Shown: positions 27,834 to 37,817, numbered from the stretch's first letter. The stretch is 44,889 nt of DNA from Gemmatimonadota bacterium (GCA_039589195.1 JBDHHV010000012.1:1-44889); one strand, 5' to 3'. A program made the numbers and translations. The notes: a model not told the origin generated them from the sequence alone.

Positions 27834-28847
27834 ATGCGCGCGTATCTTGCAACGCCGTCTCGGAATAGCGGAACTGCTCGGGAACCGGGGGGGCTGGCCT
27901 TGCAGGACGATCGACAGAAAGAGGCGCGCATTCTCGTCATCGACGACGAGCCTCAGAACGTCCGGTACATCACTGACGTTCTGAACTGGGCCGGATACGA
28001 GCATGTGGAGGGCGTCACCGACCCGCTGGAGGCGGCCCAGCGGTTTCAGGACGTGGATCCGGACCTCGTGATCCTGGACCTGCTCATGCCGGAGCTGGAC
28101 GGCTTCGATGTGATGGAGGCCATTCGCGGGTTGCAGCCCGACGAAGCCTACCTGCCCATCCTGGTCCTGACATCCGACATCAGCAGCGAATCCCGCCGAC
28201 GGGCTCTGGGAGGCGGCGCCAAGGACTTTCTCATCAAGCCGATGAGCCCGACCGAGCTGCGACTCCGTGTCGACAACCTCCTCGAGACCCGTTTTCTGTA
28301 CCTGAAGTGCGCCAGCCTGGCGCAGGTGCGCGGAACGCGAGCTCGATCCGGCGGCGGTGAGCAGGAGGTCGACACCGAGCTGCAACTGTTGGAGCGTTGG
28401 GCGGCTTCGATCGATCAGGCACAGCCGAGTGAAAGCGACCACGCGAAGCGCGTGAGCTGGGTGAGCGGGCGCCTCGCCGAGACACTCGAGTTGCCGAGTC
28501 ACGAGGTCGAGTTGATCAGACGTGCGGCCCTGTTGCACGATCTCGAGTCGGGGCAGCGCGTCCTCGAGGGCAGCGCGCTACCGGTCTTGGAAAGGGCGCG
28601 TGAGATGCTCTCAGGGCTTGCGGAGTCATGGGATGGCAGCGGAACCAGTGGGCTACGAGGTCCGGCGATCCCGCTTATCGCGCGGATCGTATCCGTCGCA
28701 GACCACTTCGACAGACTAACGCACGGCAACTCCTCACCTTCGGGCCACGACGACCCATTGGTGGAGATCGAGCGTCTGGCGGGCCAGCGATTCGATCCGA
28801 CGGTCGTACAGGCCCTGCTGCAAACCCAGAGCGTTCGCACGGTCTGA
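27834..28847 (+). CDS. Response regulator: CheY-like receiver domain fused to a degenerate HD-GYP-like domain
   Basis: REC core: ARILVIDDEP...DLVILDLLMPELDGFDVMEAIR...ILVLTSD...KDFLIKP. The output domain keeps H-AKRV and LLHDLE, but has AESWDGSGTSG where HD-GYP proteins have HHExxDGSGYP. Alternative GTG start at 27813. Confidence 0.75.
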   Translation: MRAYLATPSRNSGTAREPGGLALQDDRQKEARILVIDDEPQNVRYITDVLNWAGYEHVEGVTDPLEAAQRFQDVDPDLVILDLLMPELDGFDVMEAIRGLQPDEAYLPILVLTSDISSESRRRALGGGAKDFLIKPMSPTELRLRVDNLLETRFLYLKCASLAQVRGTRARSGGGEQEVDTELQLLERWAASIDQAQPSESDHAKRVSWVSGRLAETLELPSHEVELIRRAALLHDLESGQRVLEGSALPVLERAREMLSGLAESWDGSGTSGLRGPAIPLIARIVSVADHFDRLTHGNSSPSGHDDPLVEIERLAGQRFDPTVVQALLQTQSVRTV

Positions 28848-30445
28848 TGCCTGCCCCGCTAATCAGCCTCAGTCTCCGGTCCCGCCTCTACTTGGGCGCC
28901 GCAGTCCTCATCCTCCTCCTCCTCTCACCGGCGTACTACAGCCTTCGTCAGCTGGCCGAGCTACGGGACATCGCGTTCGATCTCCAGAGCCGGCACGCTG
29001 CGGCGCTCCTGGCCGTCGGCCGAATCGAGGCGACCCTCTCGGAGCTCAACCGAGAGCAACGGAATTTCGTCACGTCGGCGACGTCCCAGAATCGCTCCGC
29101 CATGTATGAGTCGATCGATCTGGCGCGCCTGTATGTGACACGGCTGGGCGAGAGCGGGTACGTGGAGGCCGCGCAAACCGAATCGCTGCGTCTCGACACG
29201 CTGGAAGCTACGACCGCGCGGATCGACACGCTGATGACCCGTCGCCGGGTATCCGCGGCCAGCGCGAGCTACGCCGAGATCCGTCCGGTGTTCGAGCGAG
29301 CCAGCGAGTCTCTGACCCTGCTCGCGGAGACCATCGATGGCCGGAGCACGGCGGCCGCCATCCGCGCGCAGGAGATCAGCCAGCGTGCGGCAGGTACGGC
29401 GGCCCTGGCTACGGGCCTGGCCGGCGGACTGGCAGTGTTGCTGGCCTTGCTCAGCGTGGGGGCCGTGACCGGGCCGTTGGGGCGATTGCGCGCAGCCATG
29501 GCCTCCGTGGCGGGTGGACGTTTCGTGCCGCCCAGGGACCTGCCTTACGGCCGCACGGATGAGATCGGGGACCTGACTCGCTCGTTTCGCTCGATGGCCG
29601 AGCGACTGGCGGAATTAGACCGGCTGAAAGCGGAGTTCGTGAGCATTGCCAGCCACGAGCTGAAGACGCCGGTGAACGTGATCCGTGGTTACGTCGAGAT
29701 GATCGAGGATGGGTCCTACGGAGAGGTGGACCAGAAGCAGGCGGAGGTGCTGGGTTACGTGCGCGAGCAGACCGACGTCCTGCGGGAGCGGGTCGATCAG
29801 CTGCTTGCGATGAGTCGGCTCGAGGCCCAGGGACTCGATGTGGAGCTGACCACCGTGTCGCTCGAGGAGTTGCTCGAGGAGATCCGTCGCAACTTCGCGG
29901 GTCTCGCCGCCCAGAAGCGCGTCGTATTCCGAACGATCGCCGAGCGCACCGCGCCCGTCACGGTGCTACTCGATCGGCGCAGGGTGCGGGACGAGCTCCT
30001 CGGGAACCTGCTCTCCAACGCATTCAAGTTCACGCCACGCGGCGGGGCGATCGACCTCAAGGCGTGGGGGGAGCCGGGCTGGATCGTCTTCCAGATCCGG
30101 GACACCGGTCAGGGAATCCCACCCGCGGAACTGCCTTACATCTTCGAGAAGTACTATCAGGCCGGGCAGCACGCCGGGAAGGTCGGTGCGGGTCTCGGCC
30201 TGGCCATCGCGCGGGAGATCGTCGAAGCACACGGCGGGACCATCAGCGTCGAGAGCGAACCGGGGATCGGATCATCGTTCCGCGTCGAGTTGCCTGCGGA
30301 AGCACCCGCCACCGACACGATCGACGCCTCGACGCGGTTCGGACGACTCCGTTCTCACACCCCGGCACCCAACGACAAGGAAAACCTGGAAGAACGTCGG
30401 GAGCAGAGGAAGGAGCGCATCCTCCAGCGACTGGGCCGGAGCTGA
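28847..30445 (+). CDS. Sensor histidine kinase (two TM helices, periplasmic sensor domain, HAMP, HisKA, HATPase_c)
   Basis: ATG overlaps the regulator stop (TGATG). H-box FVSIASHELKTPVNVIRGY; N-box LLSNAFKFTPRGG; G-boxes IRDTGQGIP and GLGLAIAREIVEAHGGTISVESEPGIGSSF. Confidence 0.9.
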   Translation: MPAPLISLSLRSRLYLGAAVLILLLLSPAYYSLRQLAELRDIAFDLQSRHAAALLAVGRIEATLSELNREQRNFVTSATSQNRSAMYESIDLARLYVTRLGESGYVEAAQTESLRLDTLEATTARIDTLMTRRRVSAASASYAEIRPVFERASESLTLLAETIDGRSTAAAIRAQEISQRAAGTAALATGLAGGLAVLLALLSVGAVTGPLGRLRAAMASVAGGRFVPPRDLPYGRTDEIGDLTRSFRSMAERLAELDRLKAEFVSIASHELKTPVNVIRGYVEMIEDGSYGEVDQKQAEVLGYVREQTDVLRERVDQLLAMSRLEAQGLDVELTTVSLEELLEEIRRNFAGLAAQKRVVFRTIAERTAPVTVLLDRRRVRDELLGNLLSNAFKFTPRGGAIDLKAWGEPGWIVFQIRDTGQGIPPAELPYIFEKYYQAGQHAGKVGAGLGLAIAREIVEAHGGTISVESEPGIGSSFRVELPAEAPATDTIDASTRFGRLRSHTPAPNDKENLEERREQRKERILQRLGRS

Positions 30446-30469
30446 ACCAAAAAAAGGATAGCGCAAGAA

Positions 30470-30495
30470 AACGGGCGGCCTGAAGGCCGCCCGTT
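30470..30495 (+). terminator. Rho-independent-type terminator hairpin AACGGGCGGCC-tgaa-GGCCGCCCGTT after the kinase gene
   Basis: 11-bp GC-rich perfect stem with a 4-nt loop, 25 nt after the TGA at 30445. Flanked by an A7 run upstream, so on the opposite strand it is followed by a T-rich tract. Confidence 0.6.
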
Positions 30496-30811
30496 CATCG
30501 AGTCCGTCAAGTCCCCGGGTTCACCGCCGTCGACGGTCAGTTCACCTTGATGCCCGCCCGGGCCATAATCGAAAAGGCCCGGCCCTTCACGGAGGGATCC
30601 TCCCCGCCGGCTCCGGGATCCGTGAGCCCGAGGTTGTAGCGGCCGTCGATCAATAACACGAGTGAATCTCCCACGTCGTGTCGAGGTTGCGGCGCGTCGA
30701 TGGCCGAGCTCACAGCGGCTTGGATGGCAGGCACTTGCGGACCTCTGCACCCTGCGCACACGCTACCTGTGTTCGCCGTTTGGATTCGATGCTCGTGGAG
30801 ACCTCGTTCGC

Positions 30812-31969
30812 ATGCACAGGCCATTGAAGCGCCTCCTCGTCGTGTCGGTTGTCGGGATCTGGACCGCGCTCGGTTGGAACCTCGAGCTGAGCGCCCAGTC
30901 ACGGCCAAGGGCACGGGACTCCGGTGTCGTCATCGGGCGATTGCCGACCGGGACCTGGAACGCGATCACCGATGTCCGCGGGATTCGCGTCGGACATGAG
31001 ACCGTGTCGATCGGCGATTCGATCCGTACCGGCGTGACGGCGATCCTTCCGCACGCGGGGAACCTTTATCGCGATCGTGTGCGGGCAGCTATCGCGGTCG
31101 GAAACGGGTTCGGCAAGCTGGTCGGGCTCAGCCAGGTCAACGAGCTCGGCGAGATCGAGACGCCGATCCTGCTAACCGGTACCCTGAGTGTGTTCCGAGC
31201 GGCGGACGCGCTGATCGACACGCTACTGGCCCACCCGGACAATGCCGATGTGCGCTCGATCAATCCCGTGGTCGGCGAAACCAACGACGGATACCTGAGC
31301 GACATTCGGGCCCGGCCCATCCAGCCGGAGCACGTACGCTCCGCGCTCCGGAGGGCCACCGATGGGCCGGTCGACGAGGGGAGCGTAGGAGCGGGGACCG
31401 GCACGCGGGCACTCGGGTGGAAGGGCGGGATCGGAACGGCGTCACGCCGGCTCGATACCGAGTCCGGACCGGTGACGGTCGGCGTGCTCGTACAGACGAA
31501 CTTCGGCGGGAGCCTTCGCATCGATGGCGTCCCGGTGGGGGACAGCCTGCGAGCGCGCGGTCTGACAGGGCAGGGGCCCGTCGAGAGGCGCTCGGACCAG
31601 GACGGCTCGGTCATGATCGTGGTGGCCACCGACGCCCCACTCGCCCACCGGGAGCTCGAGCGCGTCGCGACCCGCGCGTTCCTCGGTATCGCCCGTGCCG
31701 GGTCACACATGTCCCACGGGTCCGGGGACTACGCGATTGCCTTCACCACTTCCGGGGCTGCCGCATCGCGCGATTCGCAGCTTCTTTCCAGTCTCTTCGA
31801 AGCGACGGTGGAGGCGACAGAGGAAGCGGTGATAAATTCCCTCTTCAGGGCGACGACCGTGACCGGGCACCGGGGACGTCGTTGGGAGGCCTTGCCGCTC
31901 GCTCCGACCCTACAGCTTTTGCGTAAGGCGGGGGCCGCACCGGAGCCCGCCGACTCGCCAGAGCGGTGA
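30812..31969 (+). CDS. DmpA/ArgJ-fold L-aminopeptidase/D-esterase family (peptidase S58, P1 family), secreted
   Basis: ORF 30662..31969; the Met at 30812 gives the signal MHRPLKRLLVVSVVGIWTALGWNLELSAQ. The mature protein begins VVIGRLPTGTWNAITDVRGIRVGHETV, the DmpA signature N-terminus. Also GTGTRALGWKGGIGTASR. Confidence 0.8.
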   Translation: MHRPLKRLLVVSVVGIWTALGWNLELSAQSRPRARDSGVVIGRLPTGTWNAITDVRGIRVGHETVSIGDSIRTGVTAILPHAGNLYRDRVRAAIAVGNGFGKLVGLSQVNELGEIETPILLTGTLSVFRAADALIDTLLAHPDNADVRSINPVVGETNDGYLSDIRARPIQPEHVRSALRRATDGPVDEGSVGAGTGTRALGWKGGIGTASRRLDTESGPVTVGVLVQTNFGGSLRIDGVPVGDSLRARGLTGQGPVERRSDQDGSVMIVVATDAPLAHRELERVATRAFLGIARAGSHMSHGSGDYAIAFTTSGAAASRDSQLLSSLFEATVEATEEAVINSLFRATTVTGHRGRRWEALPLAPTLQLLRKAGAAPEPADSPER

Positions 31970-31991
31970 ACCACCGACCCCGAGCCGCGAC

Positions 31992-33335
31992 ATGAAGATC
32001 ATCATCGTTGGTGCCGGCCAGGTAGGATACCACCTTGCGGAGACGCGCTCTCAAGAGGACCAGGGCGTCGTCGTCATCGATTCCAACCCCGAGCGGGCGG
32101 AGCACATCGGCGATCGTCTGGATGTCCTCTCGGTGGCCGGGAACGGGGCATCCATCCGGGTGCTGGAAACGGCCGGCGTCGCCGACGCCAAGCTCTTCCT
32201 GGCGGTGACGAACAAGGACGAGGTCAACATCATCGGCTGTCTGGCCGCGCACCGGCTCGGGGTCGAACAGAAGGTGGCCCGCATCAGCAGCCCGGAATTC
32301 TACGTGGAAGGCAGCGTCCTGTCGCATGAGCATCTGGGGATCGACCTGATGATCAACCCGGAACGCGAAAGCGCGCGCGAGACTTTCGAGCTGCTCAGCA
32401 CCGAAGCAGCGACCGAGCTGGTGAGCTTTGCGAAAGGCAAGGTGTTTCTCATCGGGATGCGTGTGCTGCCCGATGCGCCGGTGGTAGGCAAGTCGATCGC
32501 GCAACTCGATGAGGAGCTGCACCCCCGCGCATACACGACGGTCGCCATCAATCGCGATGGCGAGACGGAGATACCGAACGGATCGAGCCGGATCGAAGCG
32601 GACGACCTGATCTTTCTCGTCAGCCCCGCACACCAGATGGCCGGGCTCCCGGCGCTCGCCGGTTACGAGCCCTACCGGCTGCGGCGCGTCATGATCGCCG
32701 GTGGGAGCCAGGAGGCCGTCTATCTCGCCCGCACCCTCACCGAGCATGACATCGCGTATTCGATTCTGGACATCGACCGAGCCCGCTGCGTGGAGCTGTC
32801 GTCGATGCTGCCCGAGGCGCTCGTGCTGCAGGGCGATGCGACGGATGCGGAGCTGCTCGACATGGAGGGGATAGCGGGCGTGGATGGGTTTGTCGCGTAC
32901 ACCGGACAGGATGAGACCAATATGCTGTCCAGTCTGCTCGCGAAGGCCTCCGGCGCTCGCAAGGTGGTCAGCCTGCTTCATCGACGTCAGTACATCCCGT
33001 TGGCCAACAAGGTTGGAATCGACGCCGCGGTCTCCCCGCGCCTTTCGGCTGCGAACTCCATCCTGCGCTATCTGCACCGGGCGAACGTGTTGGGCGTCGT
33101 GGCTCTCAGGGGGATCGATGCGGAGGCGATCGAGGTCAGAATCGGGAGCGACGCGACAGCCCTGGGGCGGCCCTTCCGCAGCTTGGACATACCGGAGGGG
33201 GGGGTAGTGGGCGCGATCATCCGCGGCCGCAAGGTGATCACCCCGCGCGGAGATGATGCGGTGCGGGCGGGAGACCATGTGGTGCTCTTCGCGCTACCGC
33301 ACACGATGCCCAAGTTGGAGCGGCTGTTCGCGTGA
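31992..33335 (+). CDS. trkA: Trk potassium uptake system NAD-binding subunit TrkA (tandem RCK_N/RCK_C)
   Basis: MKIIIVGAGQVGYHLAE followed by a second Rossmann motif RRVMIAGGSQEAVYLART; two TrkA_N and two TrkA_C modules. Confidence 0.9.
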   Translation: MKIIIVGAGQVGYHLAETRSQEDQGVVVIDSNPERAEHIGDRLDVLSVAGNGASIRVLETAGVADAKLFLAVTNKDEVNIIGCLAAHRLGVEQKVARISSPEFYVEGSVLSHEHLGIDLMINPERESARETFELLSTEAATELVSFAKGKVFLIGMRVLPDAPVVGKSIAQLDEELHPRAYTTVAINRDGETEIPNGSSRIEADDLIFLVSPAHQMAGLPALAGYEPYRLRRVMIAGGSQEAVYLARTLTEHDIAYSILDIDRARCVELSSMLPEALVLQGDATDAELLDMEGIAGVDGFVAYTGQDETNMLSSLLAKASGARKVVSLLHRRQYIPLANKVGIDAAVSPRLSAANSILRYLHRANVLGVVALRGIDAEAIEVRIGSDATALGRPFRSLDIPEGGVVGAIIRGRKVITPRGDDAVRAGDHVVLFALPHTMPKLERLFA

Positions 33336-34804
33336 AGTACAAGCACCTCGTTCACGTCGTCGGCATCACGCTCATGGCACTCAGCGTGGCGCTCGCCCTC
33401 ACCGGACTCGTGTCGCTCTATTACGGGGAAGGGGACGCGATCGCGTTCGGGGGTGCCGCCGCAATTGCCGCGCTGAGCGGGTACACGGCGTTCGCCCGCA
33501 CCCGGATGGAGCGCGATCTGACGGTTCGCGAGGGATACGCGGTCGTCGCGCTCTCCTGGATCACCGTGGGTCTCGCCGGTGCCGTCCCGTACCTTTTGGC
33601 AGGCGTCATCACCTCCCCGGTCGCGGCGTTCTTCGAATCGGTGTCCGGATTCACCACGACGGGCGCGACCGTCTTTTCGGACATCGAGAGCCTCCCTCGG
33701 GGCATCCTGTTCTGGCGCTCCGTGACCCAATGGCTCGGGGGCATGGGGATCGTGGTTCTCGGGATCGCGATCCTCCCGTTCCTGGGTGTGGGTGGGATGC
33801 AGCTGTTCCGTGCCGAAGTTCCGGGACCCACGCCCGAGCTCCTCGCCCCGCGCATCCGGAACACCGCGAGCCTCTTATGGGTCGTGTACGGCGGACTTAC
33901 GGCCGCGCAGATCGTGCTGTTCCTGTTCGGCGGCTTGACCCCGTTCGACGCGATCAACCACGCCTTCACCACGCTATCGACGGGAGGCTTCTCCACTCGG
34001 AACGCGTCGATGGCGGCGTTCGAGTCACCCTATATCCAGTACGTCACGATCTTTTTCATGTACCTGGCCGCGCTGAACTTCACGCTGCACTTCCGTGCCC
34101 TGAACGGGCGCTTCGCGTACTGGAGGGATGCGGAGTGGCGATTCTTCAGCGGTGCTTTGCTGGGGTGCATGCTCCTCATCTTCCTCCTGACTTTCTCACG
34201 GGGATCCCTCGGGGGCGTCGAGCGGACGTTCCGCGATGCCCTGTTCCAGACGGTCTCCATCGGTACGACGACGGGGTTCGTGACCCACGACTTCGAGCTA
34301 TGGCCCATAGGAGGGCAGTTCCTGCTCCTCGGGCTCATGTTCATGGGCGGGATGGCCGGGTCGACGGGAGGTGGGATGAAGGCGATGCGGGTCTACCTGC
34401 TGCTTCGTCACGGACTCACCGAGCTGAAGCGGAGCATTCACCCTCGAGCCGTCGTCGTCGCGCACCTCGGTTCACGACCGGTCCACGATCGGGTCTTTCT
34501 CCGTATCCTCGCGTTCGCGCTCTTTTTCTTTGCGCTGTTCGGCGCAGGGGCCTTTGCTCTCACGCTGCTCGGTCATGACCTGACGACGTCGATCGGCGCG
34601 AGCGCGGCCAGCATCGGGAACATCGGACCGGGGCTCGGAGAGGTGGGGGCGATCGACAACTACGGGTGGATGGGGTCCGCGTCACACGCCGTGCTCATCG
34701 TCCTGATGCTGGCGGGCCGGCTCGAGATCTTCACGATACTCCTGCTCCTCCACCCGGATCTGTGGCGTCGGTACGATCGACGACGCGGTGCCGGCATGCA
34801 TTGA
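33332..34804 (+). CDS. trkH: Trk-type potassium transporter membrane subunit TrkH/KtrB
   Basis: GTGA overlap with trkA. Four M-P-M repeats carry glycine selectivity-filter-like motifs (SGFTTTGATV, LSTGGFST, SIGTTTGF, MAGSTGGGMK). Confidence 0.9.
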   Translation: MKYKHLVHVVGITLMALSVALALTGLVSLYYGEGDAIAFGGAAAIAALSGYTAFARTRMERDLTVREGYAVVALSWITVGLAGAVPYLLAGVITSPVAAFFESVSGFTTTGATVFSDIESLPRGILFWRSVTQWLGGMGIVVLGIAILPFLGVGGMQLFRAEVPGPTPELLAPRIRNTASLLWVVYGGLTAAQIVLFLFGGLTPFDAINHAFTTLSTGGFSTRNASMAAFESPYIQYVTIFFMYLAALNFTLHFRALNGRFAYWRDAEWRFFSGALLGCMLLIFLLTFSRGSLGGVERTFRDALFQTVSIGTTTGFVTHDFELWPIGGQFLLLGLMFMGGMAGSTGGGMKAMRVYLLLRHGLTELKRSIHPRAVVVAHLGSRPVHDRVFLRILAFALFFFALFGAGAFALTLLGHDLTTSIGASAASIGNIGPGLGEVGAIDNYGWMGSASHAVLIVLMLAGRLEIFTILLLLHPDLWRRYDRRRGAGMH

Positions 34805-36530
34805 GCCAGCCGAGGTGACCGTGGAAGAGGACACACTTACGAAGGAGCCCGTTGCGGCCCGCCCGCTCTCGCCGGCCGCCGTTCTGCGCCCGGACGCGGT
34901 GCAGCCGGACCTGCCGAGCGAACGCCTGCTTGTGGCCGAGTCGCCCGGCGAGGAGGCGGTACCGGTCGATGTGCTGTTCGTGGGTGGTGGTCCTGCGGGA
35001 CTTGCCGGCGCGATCGAGCTCGCCCGGCTGGTAGCCGCTGATAGGGAGAACGGCGGGCCGATCGGCGAGCTGGAGATCGCGGTGCTGGAGAAAGCCGAGG
35101 GGTTGGGCGATCATTGCCTGTCGGGTGCGGTCGTGAACCCGGAGCCGTTTCGGGAGCTGTTCCCGGACCTGTCCGATGCCCAGTTCCCGTTGCGCGGTCG
35201 GGTGAGCACGGATCGGGTCTACCTGCTCACCGAGACGCGGCGTCTGCGGCTCCCGACGCCTCCCACCATGCGCAACCATGGACATTACGTCGCGTCCGTG
35301 TGCGAGATCGTGCGCTGGTTGGGAGAGCGCGCGGAAGAGATGGGCGTCAATCTGTTCACCGGGTTCCCCGCCGAGTCCCTGCTCATGCAGGACGGGCGGG
35401 TGGTGGGTGCGAGGACGACGCCCGCCGGTCTGGACCGAGACGGGAACGCGGGAAGCGGCTTCATGCCGCCCACCGACATCAGCGCGCGGGTCACGGTCCT
35501 CGCCGAGGGTACTCGGGGCCCCCTCACCCAGGCGTATCTGGCGCGTGAAGGTGTGCGTACGTCGAACCCCCAAATCTACGCGCTGGGAGTGAAGGAGCTG
35601 TGGCAGGTCAAGCGTCCCCTCGATGCGGTGATCCACACGATAGGTTGGCCGCTGCCACACGACGCGTTCGGGGGGAGCTGGCTGTACCCGATGGCGGACG
35701 ACCTCGTGTCCCTGGGTCTCGTGGTGGGGCTCGACCACCCGTATCGGGATCTGGATGTGCACGCCCTTCTGCAGTCGTTGAAGCGGCATCCTCTGCTCGA
35801 TGCCGTTCTGAGTGATGGAGAGCTGGTCGAATGGGGAGCGAAGACAATTCCGGAGGGGGGGTACCACGCGATCCCGGACCGTCTACATGGTGATGGACTT
35901 CTCATAGTCGGGGATGCTGCCGGCCTGGTCGACGTGGCCACCTTGAAGGGGATCCACTACGCGATGCGCTCCGGAATACTGGCCGCGCACGCCATCTACG
36001 AGGCCCTCGCTGCCGACGACCCGTCGGGGGCGCGCCTGGCCGTGTTCGACCAGCGCCTCAGGGCGCGCCTGGCCGCCGATCCGCTGTACCGGAACCGCAA
36101 CATGCGCCTGGCGTTCAAGTCGGGTCTGTTCCGCGGTGGCGCGCGAGCGCTCGTGATGCAGTTGACCGGAGGCAGGTTCCCGGGCGGGCGGATCAGGGCC
36201 GAGTCCGATGTGAAGGTCGCGCGGACCAAGCGCCTCGCCCACTCCTATGTGGCCGATGGCGTGCGAACCTTCGACAAGGTGGATTCGGTGTTTCGCGCCG
36301 GAAACGCGACGCGGGACGACATCCCGTCTCATCTCGTGGTGGGGGACGATGTGTCCGTCGAGATGGCGGAGTTCTACGAGCACCTGTGCCCGGCGGGCGT
36401 ATACGAGTGGCAGGGGGATGAGCTCGTGGTCAACCCGCCGAACTGTGTGGATTGCAAGGCGACCGACGTCGTCGGCCCGCGCTGGTTGCCGCGCGAAGGT
36501 GGAAGCGGTCCCTCCTATAAACGCATGTAG
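34788..36530 (+). CDS. Electron-transfer flavoprotein:ubiquinone oxidoreductase (ETF-QO / FixC-like, FAD plus 4Fe-4S)
   Basis: FAD motif VDVLFVGGGPAGLAGAIELARL; the ETF-QO-specific segment WLYPMADDLVSLGLVVGLDHPYRDLD; C-terminal ferredoxin CPAGVYEW...NCVDCKATDVVGP. The true start may be GTG at about 34815 or 34821, since the ORF overlaps trkH by 17 nt. Confidence 0.85.
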   Translation: MPACIEPAEVTVEEDTLTKEPVAARPLSPAAVLRPDAVQPDLPSERLLVAESPGEEAVPVDVLFVGGGPAGLAGAIELARLVAADRENGGPIGELEIAVLEKAEGLGDHCLSGAVVNPEPFRELFPDLSDAQFPLRGRVSTDRVYLLTETRRLRLPTPPTMRNHGHYVASVCEIVRWLGERAEEMGVNLFTGFPAESLLMQDGRVVGARTTPAGLDRDGNAGSGFMPPTDISARVTVLAEGTRGPLTQAYLAREGVRTSNPQIYALGVKELWQVKRPLDAVIHTIGWPLPHDAFGGSWLYPMADDLVSLGLVVGLDHPYRDLDVHALLQSLKRHPLLDAVLSDGELVEWGAKTIPEGGYHAIPDRLHGDGLLIVGDAAGLVDVATLKGIHYAMRSGILAAHAIYEALAADDPSGARLAVFDQRLRARLAADPLYRNRNMRLAFKSGLFRGGARALVMQLTGGRFPGGRIRAESDVKVARTKRLAHSYVADGVRTFDKVDSVFRAGNATRDDIPSHLVVGDDVSVEMAEFYEHLCPAGVYEWQGDELVVNPPNCVDCKATDVVGPRWLPREGGSGPSYKRM

Positions 36531-36553
36531 GAGGCTGCTGAAGAACCCTGGGG

Positions 36554-37762
36554 TCAGGCCGTCGCCAGCGAGAGCCGGAGCGCGTCGCGAACCTGCTCGT
36601 AACCGGTCTGCATCAGAAACGCGGGGTTCTTCCCATAGCTCTTCGCGCCCAGGATGAAGAACCCCGGCTCGGGATTCTCGAGCGCTTCCGCTCCGAACCC
36701 TCCCAACTCGAGGCAGTCCACCGGCCCCTCACTCGCCGAAGCGAGCAAGGCTGCCGAGAGCTTCATGGGCCCACGGGACGCGTAACATTCGTGAATCTGC
36801 AATTGCCGATAGATCTCATCGTCGGGCTCGTAACCGACGTTCGCGACGATCCTCTCGTAGCGTTCGGCGGTCTCGCCGCTTCGCCCGGATAGCTCTACGA
36901 GGTACGCATCATCCCGCCCCGAGACCCGGGCGAGCTGGGTACCCCCGAGCCATTTACACCCTTCCGGAGGACCTTTCGCCAGCGAGTTGGCCGCCTCCGC
37001 GAGCGAGCGTCGCTCGGGTAGCGAATCGTCGGCAATCACCCCAACCGGTGGAGGCTCCGAGTGCCGGGTCGCCCATGTGAAGCGAGTCTTGCCACGACCG
37101 CGGGCGAGCGCGGCGAGCGAGAGCACGGTTGTCGCGGCGGAGTGCCCGCCCCCCAGGACGAGGGTGCGGACGCCGTCGTACCGCGAGCGATCCCGTCCGA
37201 GGACATCCGGAAGCCCGTACTCGATCGAGGCCCGAAGCGACCGCTCACCCTGGGCGGGCGTGCCACCAGGGCCTGCCCAATTGGGCCGACCGTACGTTCC
37301 GCTGCAGTCGAATACACGCTGCGCCATGATCTCCACCTCGTCGCCGGGGGTCTGGCACAGAAGACGGAATGGCGCTTCCTGGCGGGTGGGTTGGCCGACG
37401 AGCTCGCCCTTCAGGAGATTCCCGCGGCTGATGGAAAGCACACGATGCCGCTCCAGGAGCTCGCCCCGTCGCGAAACGCAGTGGGCGAGTGGAAGCAGGT
37501 AGCGCTCTCGAAGCTCTCGACCGGTCAGAAGTTGTTGCGGGTCGGGTAGGTCCGGGCCCTCGGAGGCCAGGAGGGCAAGCCCTGCGGGTCCCGCGTTCAT
37601 CGCGAAGGGCGTGAACAGACGCACGTGGCCCCAATCGGCCACGTATTGTGCGGGCTCTCCACGCTCCAGAACCACAACTTTGAGCCCACCCGCCGTGGCC
37701 GCCGCCGCGGCCTCCAGCCCGATGGGGCCCGCACCGACGATCGCGAGATCGTGCGGTCTCAT
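36554..37762 (-). CDS. FAD/NAD(P)-binding oxidoreductase (two dinucleotide-binding motifs; flavin monooxygenase / YpdA-like)
   Basis: Start at Met-32, MRPHDLAIVGAGPIGLEAAA (GxGxxG); second motif RTLVLGGGHSAATTVLSLAA. Choosing Met-32 removes the overlap with the downstream convergent gene. Confidence 0.6.
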   Translation of the reverse strand: MRPHDLAIVGAGPIGLEAAAAATAGGLKVVVLERGEPAQYVADWGHVRLFTPFAMNAGPAGLALLASEGPDLPDPQQLLTGRELRERYLLPLAHCVSRRGELLERHRVLSISRGNLLKGELVGQPTRQEAPFRLLCQTPGDEVEIMAQRVFDCSGTYGRPNWAGPGGTPAQGERSLRASIEYGLPDVLGRDRSRYDGVRTLVLGGGHSAATTVLSLAALARGRGKTRFTWATRHSEPPPVGVIADDSLPERRSLAEAANSLAKGPPEGCKWLGGTQLARVSGRDDAYLVELSGRSGETAERYERIVANVGYEPDDEIYRQLQIHECYASRGPMKLSAALLASASEGPVDCLELGGFGAEALENPEPGFFILGAKSYGKNPAFLMQTGYEQVRDALRLSLATA

Positions 37763-37817
37763 GTGGTCACGATCGCCGGTGCGGTTTCGTGGCGCCTGGT
37801 CGCAGCGGCCCTGGTCG

